Source: an uncultured Saprospiraceae bacterium (lineage in GTDB: Bacteria; Bacteroidota; Bacteroidia; Chitinophagales; Saprospiraceae). From it: a DNA stretch of 64,000 bases. This document shows positions 28,403 to 38,764 of this stretch, piece by piece. Positions within the stretch are counted from its first letter, which is position 1. Each line of letters starts with the position of its first letter. The translations under genes were made by a program, and so were the position numbers. The notes beneath the pieces were generated by a model. It had not been told where the DNA came from. It searched no databases and saw only the letters and a list, made by a program, of their open reading frames with translations. The stretch spans positions 130,589 through 194,588 of the forward strand of contig CALGLU010000022.1 in NCBI GenBank assembly GCA_937959275.1. The letters run 5' to 3'.

Positions 28403-31400
28403 TTAATCACTCAAAGCTTCAAGTTGATCAGACAAATTTTTAAATCGAGAATATGCATCAGCTCCTGGTCTCTGGTCAGCTTGCTTAAGCATGGAGAACA
28501 GATAAGATATTTGACTAATTAGTGTTGGCCTTTGGTACCTGCCTTCGCTTGTTTTGTATTGATTAATTTTTTCTTGTATCGAACTGATGGCTTCTGCCTT
28601 GCTCTCCTTTTCTCCTTTTTTTAATGCTGCTAGCTCATCTTCTAGCATAACAAGATTGCGCTTAGCACGATTCAAGAGTGAAACTGTCTGCAATGCCAAA
28701 GACTCCTGTGCCACTAAATCATCCTGATTGATACCACCAGATGCTACCCTTGGATTCATTTTAATTTTGAAATCTTGAACATATGATTTTCCATCAATTG
28801 TCAATCTTACTTTGTATGCGCCGGGCGATACGAGTGGTCCACTTTTAAAGGCTTTGGTATCTGATTTATCCCAAGGTCCAGCGTGGCGCATATCCCAATG
28901 GATTCTGTGCATCCCTTGCGTTGATTTAAGAACCGGGGTACTTCCTTCTTTGATAAACCCTGTAGCCATATCTGCCTCCTTGGGTTCATCATCATCAGCT
29001 GCCTTTGGCGCTTGACTAAATAAACTACGCAATATTTTATCCTCAGTGTTTAGGATGTCCAGTCTAATTTGCGTGCTTACATCTTTCGGTAAATAGTAAT
29101 CAAATGTGATAGATGGGGCTTTGTATGTCGGAATCGAAGATTTAGCTGTCGCTCGATGTCTAGTGCGAACATCATTTTTGGGTTTGAGCAAAACGACGTC
29201 ATCTTCAAATGTTGATTCTTGGTATAAGGGTGATAGATTATCCATTACCCAAAAGCCTCGGCCCATTGTTGAAATCACTAAATCATATCGATGGAGTTTG
29301 ATGTCAGTAATTGGAGTGACGGGAAGGTTTTGTTGAAATGAGGTCCATTCTTCTCCATTATTAAATGAGATGAACATCCCATATTCTGTACCGGCATAAA
29401 GGAGACCTTCGCGATTAGGATCTTCTCTGACGACTCGTACAGGTTGATCATTTGGTATTCCGGTAGTAATCAATTTCCAAGTTTGGCCGTAATCTGTTGT
29501 CATATAAATATATGGGGACCAATCTCCCAGTTGATATCTGAGCGATGTGATGATGGCTTTTCCGGCTTGATGAGGGGAAGGTTCGACACTATCTATGCGA
29601 CCGCCAGGCTTAAGCGATGGTGGTGTGACATCAGTCCAACTTTTGCCTCCGTCAAGAGTTACATGTACTGGGCCGTCATTTGAACCAACCCAAATGACTC
29701 CTGCTTGTACAGGCGATTCGCGAATGGAGTATATGGTACTATAAAACTCTTCACCTGTGATATCTCGAGTGATTGGAGAGCCAGAGATCGTTTGCGTTTC
29801 AGGAGTGAAGGCTGTTAAGTCTGGTGAGATGGTTTGCCAGGTCTTGCCTTCATCGGTTGTTTTATGTACGAATTGTGAGCAGTGATAGATGACATTGGGA
29901 TCATGAGGGCTGATGTGAATGGGAGAGACTCTTTGAAATCTATATTCTAAGTCTTTGGGGTTATGGCCATACATGTTGGATGCACCGACATAATAGCGCT
30001 TCTCTTGCCCAGTGATTTTATTGAATACGCCGAATCGACCTTTACAATTTGAGTAGATAATATTAGGGTTATTTGGCCTAGGTACTGCTGGCCCTGTTTC
30101 ACAACCGCCTGTATTTCTAACATAGGCGATAGGTCCTCCTTGCACACCAAAAGGTGGTTGGCTCGGCACAGAAATTGTAGTTGAGTTATCCTGTTGACCG
30201 GCATATAACCAGTAGGGATAATCATGATCCACTTCGACTTGATATAATTCTGCGGTCGATTGATTGAGTTGGCTAGACCAGCTTTTGCCACCGTTAAATG
30301 TCACATTTGCGCCACCATCATTGCCTTGTATAAAAAGATCTGAGTTGCTGGGATGAATCCACATATCGTGATTGTCTCCATGAGGTGTTCTGATCATAGA
30401 CCAGGACTTGCCGCCATCTTCTGACTTATGAAATCGTGTTGAATTGACGTAGACGATATCTGCATTATTGGGATCTGCATCAACATTACAATAATAGAAA
30501 GGTCGATCAAGCAATTGTTTTTTGGTAGAGACGAGTTTAAAGCTATCTCCTTTCATCTCTGAGGCGTATAAGCCACCACTCCCAACTGGAGCTTCGATTA
30601 AGGCATATACTTTGTCAGGTTGTGCAGCACTAACGGCAAGATCTATTTTGCCTATAATGCCTGTCGGCAAACCTTGATCTAGTTTTGTCCAGTTTGCACC
30701 AGCATCGGTTGAGCGATAAATTCCACCTATCTGTCCACCTGAAATAATGGTCCATGGTTTTCTTTCAGCTCGCCATGCACCAGCATACAGGATCTGTGGA
30801 TTACTTGGATGTAACTCTACATCAGAGAAACCAACAGTATCATTAATGTATAAGATCTTATTCCAGCTTTGCCCTCCATCTATGGTTTTGAAAACGCCTC
30901 TTTCCTTATTTGGTACGAAGGCATTTCCAATAGCAGCCACGTAGGCAATGTCAGGGTTGTCCGGATGGATTTCAACAGCGCCAATATGTCTTGTTTCGTC
31001 CAAACCAATATGGGACCAACTTTGTCCAGCATCAGTAGATTTATAGACTCCATTACCACTAATCACATTACTGCGAAGGCCATCAGAACCAGTGCCGACA
31101 TAGACAATATCAGGATTTGAAGGACTCACACGAATGGCACCGATAGAGGGTGTTTTAAAAAAGCCATCAGATACATTTTTCCAAGATGTGCCATAATCTT
31201 CAGTTTTCCAGACACCGCCTCCAGTAGCGCCCATATAATAATTGGACGGCTGGGATGCGATACCAGCGACTGTTGTGACTCGACCACCTCTCGTTGGACC
31301 TATATTTCTGTAGTCTAATAGGGCAGTCGGTGATTGCTGGGCAATACTGATCTCAAAAAAACTTATAAAAAAAACAGCAAACAGAACAATATTCTTAGAA

Positions 31401-31408
31401 CTCTTCAT
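28403..31408 (-). CDS. BNR/Asp-box repeat (sortilin/VPS10-like) secreted protein
   Basis: About ten Asp-box repeats (e.g. STDAGQSWSHI, TIDGGQSWNKI, STDAGANWTKL, SEDGGKSWSMI, TTDEGKTWQTI, TLDGGKSWTDV, TTDYGQTWKLI). I prefer the ATG at 31408 (MKSSKNIVLFAVFFISFFEISIAQ) over the track start at 31477. Confidence 0.8.
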   Translation of the reverse strand: MKSSKNIVLFAVFFISFFEISIAQQSPTALLDYRNIGPTRGGRVTTVAGIASQPSNYYMGATGGGVWKTEDYGTSWKNVSDGFFKTPSIGAIRVSPSNPDIVYVGTGSDGLRSNVISGNGVYKSTDAGQSWSHIGLDETRHIGAVEIHPDNPDIAYVAAIGNAFVPNKERGVFKTIDGGQSWNKILYINDTVGFSDVELHPSNPQILYAGAWRAERKPWTIISGGQIGGIYRSTDAGANWTKLDQGLPTGIIGKIDLAVSAAQPDKVYALIEAPVGSGGLYASEMKGDSFKLVSTKKQLLDRPFYYCNVDADPNNADIVYVNSTRFHKSEDGGKSWSMIRTPHGDNHDMWIHPSNSDLFIQGNDGGANVTFNGGKSWSSQLNQSTAELYQVEVDHDYPYWLYAGQQDNSTTISVPSQPPFGVQGGPIAYVRNTGGCETGPAVPRPNNPNIIYSNCKGRFGVFNKITGQEKRYYVGASNMYGHNPKDLEYRFQRVSPIHISPHDPNVIYHCSQFVHKTTDEGKTWQTISPDLTAFTPETQTISGSPITRDITGEEFYSTIYSIRESPVQAGVIWVGSNDGPVHVTLDGGKSWTDVTPPSLKPGGRIDSVEPSPHQAGKAIITSLRYQLGDWSPYIYMTTDYGQTWKLITTGIPNDQPVRVVREDPNREGLLYAGTEYGMFISFNNGEEWTSFQQNLPVTPITDIKLHRYDLVISTMGRGFWVMDNLSPLYQESTFEDDVVLLKPKNDVRTRHRATAKSSIPTYKAPSITFDYYLPKDVSTQIRLDILNTEDKILRSLFSQAPKAADDDEPKEADMATGFIKEGSTPVLKSTQGMHRIHWDMRHAGPWDKSDTKAFKSGPLVSPGAYKVRLTIDGKSYVQDFKIKMNPRVASGGINQDDLVAQESLALQTVSLLNRAKRNLVMLEDELAALKKGEKESKAEAISSIQEKINQYKTSEGRYQRPTLISQISYLFSMLKQADQRPGADAYSRFKNLSDQLEALSD

Positions 31409-31540
31409 ATGCAGAGGATTATATATTGAATATACTTCATAATTGTTAAATACTGCTATGTGAAACATTTTCGGCACAATATTTCATGTATAGTACTTGT
31501 TTAACTATCACGATGTATTTCTTTATTAAAAATTGTTTAT

Positions 31541-31780
31541 ATGAAGCAAACTTACACGCAAAATCACATCGTGCGGTATATTTACAAAGATGCTTCTTTG
31601 ACTGAGCAGTTCGAAATCGAACATGCAATCCATGAAGACAAGTCTTTATGGAAGGAATACAAAAGCCTAATGAAAGCCGTTAAGCTTTTACCTAAAGTCA
31701 GCTTTTTGCCATCGAAGAATGTTCTTCAAGATTTGATGGTGTATAGTAGCATTACAGCATTAGAAGCAAAGCTTCAGTAA
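31541..31780 (+). CDS. hypothetical small protein
   Basis: 79 aa ORF followed 20 nt later by a strong intrinsic terminator. No recognisable motif. Confidence 0.5.
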   Translation: MKQTYTQNHIVRYIYKDASLTEQFEIEHAIHEDKSLWKEYKSLMKAVKLLPKVSFLPSKNVLQDLMVYSSITALEAKLQ

Positions 31781-31800
31781 AACCGCATTAAATGTTGATT

Positions 31801-31837
31801 AAAACCCTTAATAAGATTCTTGTTAAGGGTTTTTTTA
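31801..31837 (+). terminator. Rho-independent terminator
   Basis: AACCCTTAA (31803-31811) pairs with TTAAGGGTT (31823-31831) across an 11-nt loop, followed by a T-run to 31836. Confidence 0.75.
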
Positions 31838-32079
31838 TTGATTATTTTTTTGATAATCCACTCTATCGTTGATGGATTTCAATTTTAATTGAAGACTAAG
31901 GGATGGATTAAAAACATAGTAAAAAAAATTACATTTGTTGCAGACAAAATTAACCTTGTTTCGTATGTTTAGGCCTTCGAATCAATACAAAAATTGACTC
32001 AAATTTTACTCAATCATTAATAGGCTCGATCCCAAATCGGGCCTATTTTATTTGATAGAAGTTCGACTAACTTTAAAAG

Positions 32080-34497
32080 TTAAATAGAGAGTATCAGTTC
32101 TCCAAAATTAGCATCTACAACAACTTCAAAGTGGCCGTTCTTGTTGACTTCAGATTGCTGAATAGAACCGATCCCTTTTACGTCCATTACCTCAAATGGT
32201 AATCCAATGAAAATGAGCTTGTATTTCGAATAGGATGCTTTGTAATGGCCCGATATGTCTTGCTTGATAGATACAGCTGTATCTGTGCTGTCTTGAGTAA
32301 ATGTTTTGAGAGTGTAGATACCTTTTTCATAATCATATCCCTCACCCTCATCCTCATAAACTTCACTTTTGACAACCTCACTATCTTTGAAATACACCAT
32401 CAAGGTTAATTGATCAATCTCTTTCTCACCAACATATTGCTGGATTGGATAATGAGGAATGACAGCTCCTGCCCTCATAAACAAAGGCATATCTTCTAAT
32501 GGTGCATCTACCCATTGCTCGTCACCACCTTGGACCAACTCGGCTGTCCAGTAATTATACCATTCTCCCCGAGGGAAATAAACATATCGACCTTTTGAAT
32601 TAGCCTCTACAATTGGGCAGATAAGGATGTGATCACCATGCATAAATTCATCCTCTCTATGCAATACATTTGGATCTTCCTGATCGACAAAGGCAAGTGG
32701 TCTCAGTATCGGATAGCCATCACGGATATATTGATAAAAGCTCGTGTATAAATACGGTAATAATCGATACCTCAGCTCAATAAATTTTCTAACTATATCC
32801 AAGGTGCGGTCTCCAAATGACCAAGGTTCTTGGTCTCCGTGGTCACCTGATGAATGCGTCCTGCACAAAGGATGAAATATCGCGATCTGAATCCAACGAG
32901 CATATAACTCTGGCGTTGGTTGGTCAATAAAGCCACCGATATCCGAACCAATGAAGGATAGACCTGAAATACTTGATCGCTGGCATTGCATATTCGCGAC
33001 CCATAGATGCTCCCAAGTGGCGATATTGTCTCCTGTCCATCCACTAGAATAGCGTTGAATCCCAGAGTAACAAGATCGTGTGATCAAGAATGGTCTTTTA
33101 TTCCCAGAATATTTTTTAACCCCTTTATATGTTGCCCGAGTCATTTGCATGCCATAGACATTATGAGCCTTACGGTGACTGCAGGGGTTGCCATCGTAGT
33201 CATGCCGCACATCGTTGGGGAATGTTTTACTTTCAACTTCCATGACAGCGGGTTCGTTCATGTCGTTCCAAACACCTGCGATATCAACATCCTCTATTAA
33301 TTCTTGAAATAAATCAATCCACCATTCTCTAACTTTAGGGTTTGTGAAATCAGGGAAATAACAATCTCCTGGCCACACCTTGCCTTTCATAAACGGGCCA
33401 TCTGCTCTTCTACAAAAGACATCATGTTTAATGCCATCTTGAAAGACACTATAATTTTTATCAACTTTGATTCCTGGGTCTATAATCACAACAGTTTTGA
33501 AGCCTTGTTCCTTAAGATCTGCCACCATTTTCTTTGGCTCTGCAAACTTTACAGGATCCCAAGTAAAACATCTAAACCCGTCCATGTAATCGATGTCCAA
33601 ATAAATGGCATCACAAGGAATAGCGAGTTCTCTCATCTTCGTAGTCACTTCTCTAACTTGAGACTCTGGTGTATAACTCCATTTACATTGGTGGTAACCC
33701 AAAGCCCACATCGGTGGCATCTCTGGTGCACCTGTCAGTTTTACATATTTTGCAGAGACATCCATCAGTTGAGGGCCATTGATGAAATAGTAGTTCATCT
33801 CTCCTCCATGCGCCCAAAAAGAGGTCGTCAAGCCACGCTCATGTCCAAAATCAAAAAAGGACTCAAAACTGTTATCAAAAAATATACCGTAGGCTAGATT
33901 GTCATGAATGGCCATATAGAATGGAATATTCTTATACAACGGATCTTGATCTTTACCAAAGCCATATACATCTGATCCCCAATTTTGGAATCGCCTGCCG
34001 CGCATATTAGATTTGACTGGTTTGTCTCCTAATCCATAGAAGCACTCTGTTCCCTGGATGGTTTTACTCATTTCGACGATATGCCCGCCATATTTGGGAT
34101 TGTCCTCCCAGTGAAAGCCTTTCTCATCTTCATTAATAATTTGACCCTCTTTATTCTTAATTGAAATGGCAGAATTATGCTTATTAACTTCAATATCGAG
34201 AGTTTCAGTTTGAATAATATACGTGTCATCACTTTCTGATGTGTCAAGGCTATTGATTTTAGCTTGAAATGTCTTGCTGATGGCGTATGAAAAATCCTTC
34301 TCCAGAACATTATCAATGCCATATCTAAAACGAATGATGTCATCAGTAAGAATCGTCAGTTGGATGGACACTTGATTGGAACATTCTATTAAAAATGTCG
34401 TTTTCTCAAAGCTTATCTTAACAACATTTCCAGGGTAAAATTCTGGATTATGAGACGATTGATTGGAATTTACTGTGGCAATACTGTGATCTTCCAT
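32080..34497 (-). CDS. GH31 alpha-glucosidase
   Basis: 805 aa. GH31 catalytic region GVWNDMNEP and downstream GSDIGGF, with typical N-terminal beta-sandwich and C-terminal domains. Confidence 0.9.
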   Translation of the reverse strand: MEDHSIATVNSNQSSHNPEFYPGNVVKISFEKTTFLIECSNQVSIQLTILTDDIIRFRYGIDNVLEKDFSYAISKTFQAKINSLDTSESDDTYIIQTETLDIEVNKHNSAISIKNKEGQIINEDEKGFHWEDNPKYGGHIVEMSKTIQGTECFYGLGDKPVKSNMRGRRFQNWGSDVYGFGKDQDPLYKNIPFYMAIHDNLAYGIFFDNSFESFFDFGHERGLTTSFWAHGGEMNYYFINGPQLMDVSAKYVKLTGAPEMPPMWALGYHQCKWSYTPESQVREVTTKMRELAIPCDAIYLDIDYMDGFRCFTWDPVKFAEPKKMVADLKEQGFKTVVIIDPGIKVDKNYSVFQDGIKHDVFCRRADGPFMKGKVWPGDCYFPDFTNPKVREWWIDLFQELIEDVDIAGVWNDMNEPAVMEVESKTFPNDVRHDYDGNPCSHRKAHNVYGMQMTRATYKGVKKYSGNKRPFLITRSCYSGIQRYSSGWTGDNIATWEHLWVANMQCQRSSISGLSFIGSDIGGFIDQPTPELYARWIQIAIFHPLCRTHSSGDHGDQEPWSFGDRTLDIVRKFIELRYRLLPYLYTSFYQYIRDGYPILRPLAFVDQEDPNVLHREDEFMHGDHILICPIVEANSKGRYVYFPRGEWYNYWTAELVQGGDEQWVDAPLEDMPLFMRAGAVIPHYPIQQYVGEKEIDQLTLMVYFKDSEVVKSEVYEDEGEGYDYEKGIYTLKTFTQDSTDTAVSIKQDISGHYKASYSKYKLIFIGLPFEVMDVKGIGSIQQSEVNKNGHFEVVVDANFGELILSI

Positions 34498-34550
34498 AGA
34501 ATAATATTCTTAATTAGTGAATGTCAACTGGCTAAACAGAATATTATTCT
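34498..34550 (-). promoter_or_regulatory. perfect 13-bp inverted repeat abutting the GH31 start codon
   Basis: AGAATAATATTCT (34498-34510) and AGAATATTATTCT (34538-34550) are exact reverse complements 27 nt apart. They occupy positions -1 to -53 relative to the minus-strand ATG at 34497. Confidence 0.35.
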
Positions 34551-34840
34551 GCTCGCGCAAAATACGAAACGAACTGAAATCGATAAAACAATGAGTAATT
34601 TAATATTCCTTTATCTGATTTGGATTCTTATGAGATGGAATGCATGAACTTAGATCTATGCGATTTGATAGGAATGTTGCATATCTATCAGGCAAAAGGG
34701 TATAAAGTTCTGTCGTACGCACAAGAAGTGTCCATCGATCACTTTAGATAAATTGTATGTTTAGTGCAGTTTTAATTCATACATTTGCAAATAAAATTCG
34801 AAAAATCAGATATTTTCTAATTTAAATCTAAGCTAAATGT

Positions 34841-36778
34841 ATGGCTAACAAAGCATTCTCCAAGACTTTACTTGCTATATGCTTTTTAGTTTTTGCTTTA
34901 ACAAGTATCTGCCAAACAAGGTATAAATCTGAAAAATCAGCCATTGAGTTACTTAAACTGGGCAATCTACTACAATTTTCGGATCCAGATAGTAGTCTTA
35001 TACTACTTAACAAAGCCTTGATTCTTTCTCTTGAATCAACAGATTCTCTTACCGCTATTACTGTTCTAGGAAAGCTATCGGTTATAAATGGAAACTTGGG
35101 CAGATACTACAAGTCGCACAAGAACCTAATCCATAAAATCCAACTCACAAAAGAGTTAAACTTGCAGGATGAACTGATTGAAGCTTATAGTGTCTTAGGC
35201 CTACATTATGGCTATTTGAAAAGGAAGGACGAAGCCTTATTCTATATAGATAAAGCTCAAAAATTGGCGGAATCCCTGTACAAAAACAATAAAGAGAGTA
35301 AAAACATATTATATTATCCCTATTTCGCCAAAGCTTCATTTTATGGAGAAATTGGTGCGTTTGCTGAGTCACAAATGTACTTGGACAGCACCTACATGGT
35401 TGGTGATCCTGATGTCAGAAAAGGGATGTCTGTTATTCTTCCTATAAAACAAGCAGTAATATTAATAGCTAAGAAAGATTATCGAGAAGCTATTGATTTG
35501 TTAATGGAATTAATCCCAGTAGCGTCTAAAAATTATCCGAGTACCTTAATTATACTTCATAAAAATCTTGGAGATGCTTATATGGGAATCAATGAGCCGA
35601 ATAGAAGTATTGAAGAATATAATAAAGCAATCGAATATACTGATCAATTAAATAGGCATCAAGATTATTCTGTTTTGATCTATGAAAAGCTGTCTGAAGT
35701 GTATGAGCAAATTGGAGATCATCAAGCAGCCCTATCCACTTTCCGAAGAGGTCAGGAAGTTGACTTTAGAATATTTGATAGTCGTTCAGAGAATAATGTA
35801 CACTTATTAGAGGTCCAGGATCAGCTCTTAAAATATGAAGAGCAGCAATTGAAATTGCAACGGGAGCAAAAGCTAACACAATTAGAAAATGAGGAAAAAC
35901 TAATGCGTTTACAACAACGGAGTTTGTTAGGCGGGATTTGTTTAATGTTTCTGATCGGCTATTTGGCATATAAGTCTCAAAAGCAAAAGCAAGAATCTCA
36001 ACACCAATTAAATAAAGAGCTTCGATACAAAATGGAGAAGGAGGCAGAGTATACGACAAAAATAGAGGAAAAGAATAAGCAGTTTCTTGCTTTTTCGAGT
36101 ATTATGACGCATGACCTTAAGTCTCCATTACGAACCATTCAGTCCTTTTCTTCATTGATTTTAAGAAAGGCAGAAAAAGACAACACTTCGCCAGACATCA
36201 TCAAAAACCTAGGATTTATATCTAATTCAGCCTCTAGAATGTCTAAATTAGTTGATGATCTTCTTGTTTATTCAAGGGTTGAAATAGATAAAGTCCAACT
36301 CACTAACATACGATTAAATGACTTGATCGATGAAATATTTTCTTCACTTCAATATGACATCGAAAGGCAAAACGTCATCTCCGAGATAGGGATATTGCCT
36401 GAAGTATTAGGTGATGAATCTATATTAAAAACAGTCTTTCAAAACATAATTTCTAATGGAATAAAATACCAGCCACGAGACAACAGTAACCATATTCCTA
36501 AAATCACGATTTGGGCGGATAGTAAAAATGATCGCCATGATATTTTTATCCAAGACAACGGTATAGGCATCTCTGAGGACTATGTTGATAAGTTATTTAC
36601 ACCATTTAATCGATACCATTCGACTAGCGAATATGAAGGAACAGGCTTGGGACTATCTATATGCAAAAGCATTATGAAGAAACATAAGGGCAACATTATT
36701 TTGCATCACACCTCGGCTGATGGAAGTATTTTTAAGATCCAGTTTCCGAAACAGAAACAAAATGATCAATTAAGTTAG
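34841..36778 (+). CDS. sensor histidine kinase with N-terminal TPR-like repeats
   Basis: 645 aa. Signal or anchor, TPR-like repeats, coiled coil and a TM segment (LLGGICLMFLIGYLAY). H-box FSSIMTHDLKSPL. HATPase N/G boxes (ISNGIKY, DNGIGI, GTGLGLSICK). Confidence 0.85.
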   Translation: MANKAFSKTLLAICFLVFALTSICQTRYKSEKSAIELLKLGNLLQFSDPDSSLILLNKALILSLESTDSLTAITVLGKLSVINGNLGRYYKSHKNLIHKIQLTKELNLQDELIEAYSVLGLHYGYLKRKDEALFYIDKAQKLAESLYKNNKESKNILYYPYFAKASFYGEIGAFAESQMYLDSTYMVGDPDVRKGMSVILPIKQAVILIAKKDYREAIDLLMELIPVASKNYPSTLIILHKNLGDAYMGINEPNRSIEEYNKAIEYTDQLNRHQDYSVLIYEKLSEVYEQIGDHQAALSTFRRGQEVDFRIFDSRSENNVHLLEVQDQLLKYEEQQLKLQREQKLTQLENEEKLMRLQQRSLLGGICLMFLIGYLAYKSQKQKQESQHQLNKELRYKMEKEAEYTTKIEEKNKQFLAFSSIMTHDLKSPLRTIQSFSSLILRKAEKDNTSPDIIKNLGFISNSASRMSKLVDDLLVYSRVEIDKVQLTNIRLNDLIDEIFSSLQYDIERQNVISEIGILPEVLGDESILKTVFQNIISNGIKYQPRDNSNHIPKITIWADSKNDRHDIFIQDNGIGISEDYVDKLFTPFNRYHSTSEYEGTGLGLSICKSIMKKHKGNIILHHTSADGSIFKIQFPKQKQNDQLS

Positions 36779-36855
36779 TATATAAGAATCTAATGCCTTT
36801 GAGTCAAAGCAGTTGTAAAGCTCTTAGATGTTGCTTTTAAAGTAAATACTGAGGG

Positions 36856-37029
36856 TTAGGCGTCGCTTTTCTCTTCTTTCATCCCTTCTTTGAGTTCTGA
36901 TTCTATAGAAGCTCGGGCATTATTGAATTCTTTGATGCCTTTGCCTAAGCCTTTCATCAATTCAGGTATTTTTTTACCTCCAAAAAGCAAAAGAATGGCG
37001 AAAAAGATGACGATCATCTCTGGACCCAT
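36856..37029 (-). CDS. tatA: twin-arginine translocase subunit TatA/E
   Basis: [38 protein letters not shown] is the canonical TatA TM-hinge-amphipathic helix. The track start at 37056 adds 9 residues and is possible. Confidence 0.85.
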   Translation of the reverse strand: MGPEMIVIFFAILLLFGGKKIPELMKGLGKGIKEFNNARASIESELKEGMKEEKSDA

Positions 37030-37105
37030 GAAACTTAATAAGACAAATAACTCCATTTTCTACAGTTTTAAGACACTCAAAAGTATGGCAATATTAGGAA
37101 AGATA

Positions 37106-38074
37106 CTATTTTTTTAAGCCTATTTCTCGAAGACGCTCATCCAAATAGTCACCTGCTGTGATAGGTTCATAAGCCAAAGGCTGATTATCTGACACACAAC
37201 TAGCTAAACAATTGAGATCCATGCTGCCTTTAGGGTGTAAAAAGAAGGGAAGTGACATCCTAGGCACATGCCAAAATTGTTTTGGAGGATTAATCACTCT
37301 ATGAGTAGTCGATTTTAAATAATTATTGGTCAATCGCTGTAGCATATCACCGACATTGATCACAATCTCATCCTCTTCAGGTGTGATATCTAACCATTCA
37401 TCTTGTGTGTTGAGGAGCTGAAGACCTCCAGCAGAAGCACCAACGAGAAGCGTAATGAGATTGATATCTTCATGTTGCTCGGATCGGATAGCTGTCTTGG
37501 GTTCTTCTGTAATTGGTGGATAGTGAATCGCTCTTAGTATACTGTTTCCATCTTCTATCCAATTGTCGAAATAATCTTCTGGCAAATCTAAATGAAGGGC
37601 TATAGCTCTTAAAAGGGACCCACCTGCTTTTTCAAACGCCTGATACAATTCTTTACCAATCTCAAAATATTCAGGAATCTCAGTCACGTTTATGTTATCA
37701 GGGTACTCGGATTTCATAGGATGATCTGCGGCGACAAATTGACCGATTTGATAAAATTCTTTTAAATCTGGCACATTCGAGTGTTTAGCGTGCTCTTTCC
37801 CAAATGAGGTATACCCACGTTGCCCACCTAATCCTGTTACTTCATAGGATCGCTTTGTTTCAATAGGTAATGAGAAGAATGCCTTTGCACTGGCATAAAA
37901 GCGTTCGACCAGCTCTTTTGGGATGCCATGATTGGTAACTCCAACAAATCCGACAGTATGAAATGCTGCTCCTAATTGTTTAACAAAGGCTAGTCTTTCA
38001 CTCTCGTTACCTTCTGTAAATTGGCTTAGATTGACTACAGGAATTGTTCTTTCTTTTATCAACTGGTCCTCCAT
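37106..38074 (-). CDS. 2-oxoglutarate/Fe(II)-dependent oxygenase (isopenicillin N synthase family)
   Basis: 322 aa. HxD...H facial triad context (SEQHEDINLITLL ... KSTTHRV) and an N-terminal DIOX_N-like segment. Confidence 0.85.
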   Translation of the reverse strand: MEDQLIKERTIPVVNLSQFTEGNESERLAFVKQLGAAFHTVGFVGVTNHGIPKELVERFYASAKAFFSLPIETKRSYEVTGLGGQRGYTSFGKEHAKHSNVPDLKEFYQIGQFVAADHPMKSEYPDNINVTEIPEYFEIGKELYQAFEKAGGSLLRAIALHLDLPEDYFDNWIEDGNSILRAIHYPPITEEPKTAIRSEQHEDINLITLLVGASAGGLQLLNTQDEWLDITPEEDEIVINVGDMLQRLTNNYLKSTTHRVINPPKQFWHVPRMSLPFFLHPKGSMDLNCLASCVSDNQPLAYEPITAGDYLDERLREIGLKK

Positions 38075-38219
38075 ATTTTAGTACACTTACTTTTTAATTG
38101 ACAATCTTATTTAGAGTAAACAACAAAGATAAGGTCTTGTTTTTAAATTGGCCATAAGGAATCGCATCCTGTTTGTAAAATTTTCATTTGTAAAAGCTAT
38201 TCTCCCATATAGGCTCAAA

Positions 38220-38389
38220 CTAGTGCCTCAAGAACTAAATATCTAGCCATATTAAATTGTTCTTTTCCGCCTTCTCTGCGTTACAGAACCGACCTTGATA
38301 GCCATGGCTATCAAAGTGAACCTGTGCCTTGAGTAGACGAAAAATAACTACTTTTAGACAGCCATTTATTTAGTGCTTGAGACACTAGC
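38220..38389. repeat. ~170-bp imperfect palindromic element (MITE-like or structured RNA)
   Basis: Terminal arms CTAGTGCCTCAAGAACTAAATA (from 38220) and the reverse complement of TATTTAGTGCTTGAGACACTAG (ending 38389) match at 21 of 23 positions. At the centre is a perfect 20-bp palindrome, TTGATAGCCATGGCTATCAA (38295-38314). It lies in a 690-bp non-coding gap. Confidence 0.5.
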
Positions 38390-38620
38390 TTCTCATCTTT
38401 ACAATCTTACCCAAGAATACTTTACGCCTAGCCATCACCGCTGGCTGCTATTTGATAGAGAATGATTACATATGACGCCTAGCTTTTTTCAAACAATAGT
38501 TACACACAGCCAAATGTTCAAAAGTAGAGCCGAAGGTGAGACTTAGATCAACGTGTATACTTAGTGAGTATCACAACTTGCATTTCTTTGTTATCATATT
38601 TTTCTCCATGTGACATAATT

Positions 38621-38686
38621 TCCTAAAGGGTTTCTGCGCTTCTTCCTTTAAGAGACCATAGGGGCGAGCCGAGCTTGTTGAAATTT
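38621..38686 (+). repeat. intergenic repeat family A, copy A2
   Basis: See copy A1 (3861..3926). This copy lies about 80 nt upstream of the first gene of the low-GC island. Confidence 0.7.
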
Positions 38687-38764
38687 TATATGTTTGTCCA
38701 ATTTGCCATACGCAGGTATACTTATGAAGTTTGGCTTTGTAATTTTAATACTTAATTTTGATAC

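Noticed and set aside
32021-32050. The hairpin AGGCTCGAT-CCCAA-ATCGGGCCT, considered as a terminator for the GH31 gene.
   Set aside because: The stem has a mismatch. On the minus strand, which is the GH31 sense strand, no T-tract follows it. On the plus strand it follows an already strong terminator at 31801-31837. It is too weak to call.
33424-33897. A 157-aa ORF antisense to the GH31 gene. Similar antisense ORFs occur at, for example, 4639..4992 and 19293..19619.
   Set aside because: They are embedded in, and antisense to, confidently identified genes. They have no recognisable motifs and are typical shadow ORFs.
38075-38764. A possible cobalamin or SAM riboswitch upstream of the B12/SAM-dependent island.
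   Set aside because: I looked for a B12-box-like GCCACTG core and for SAM-I-like conserved strings on both strands and found none. The nearest string is CCGCTGGCTGC. The region's structure is better described as repeats and palindromes.
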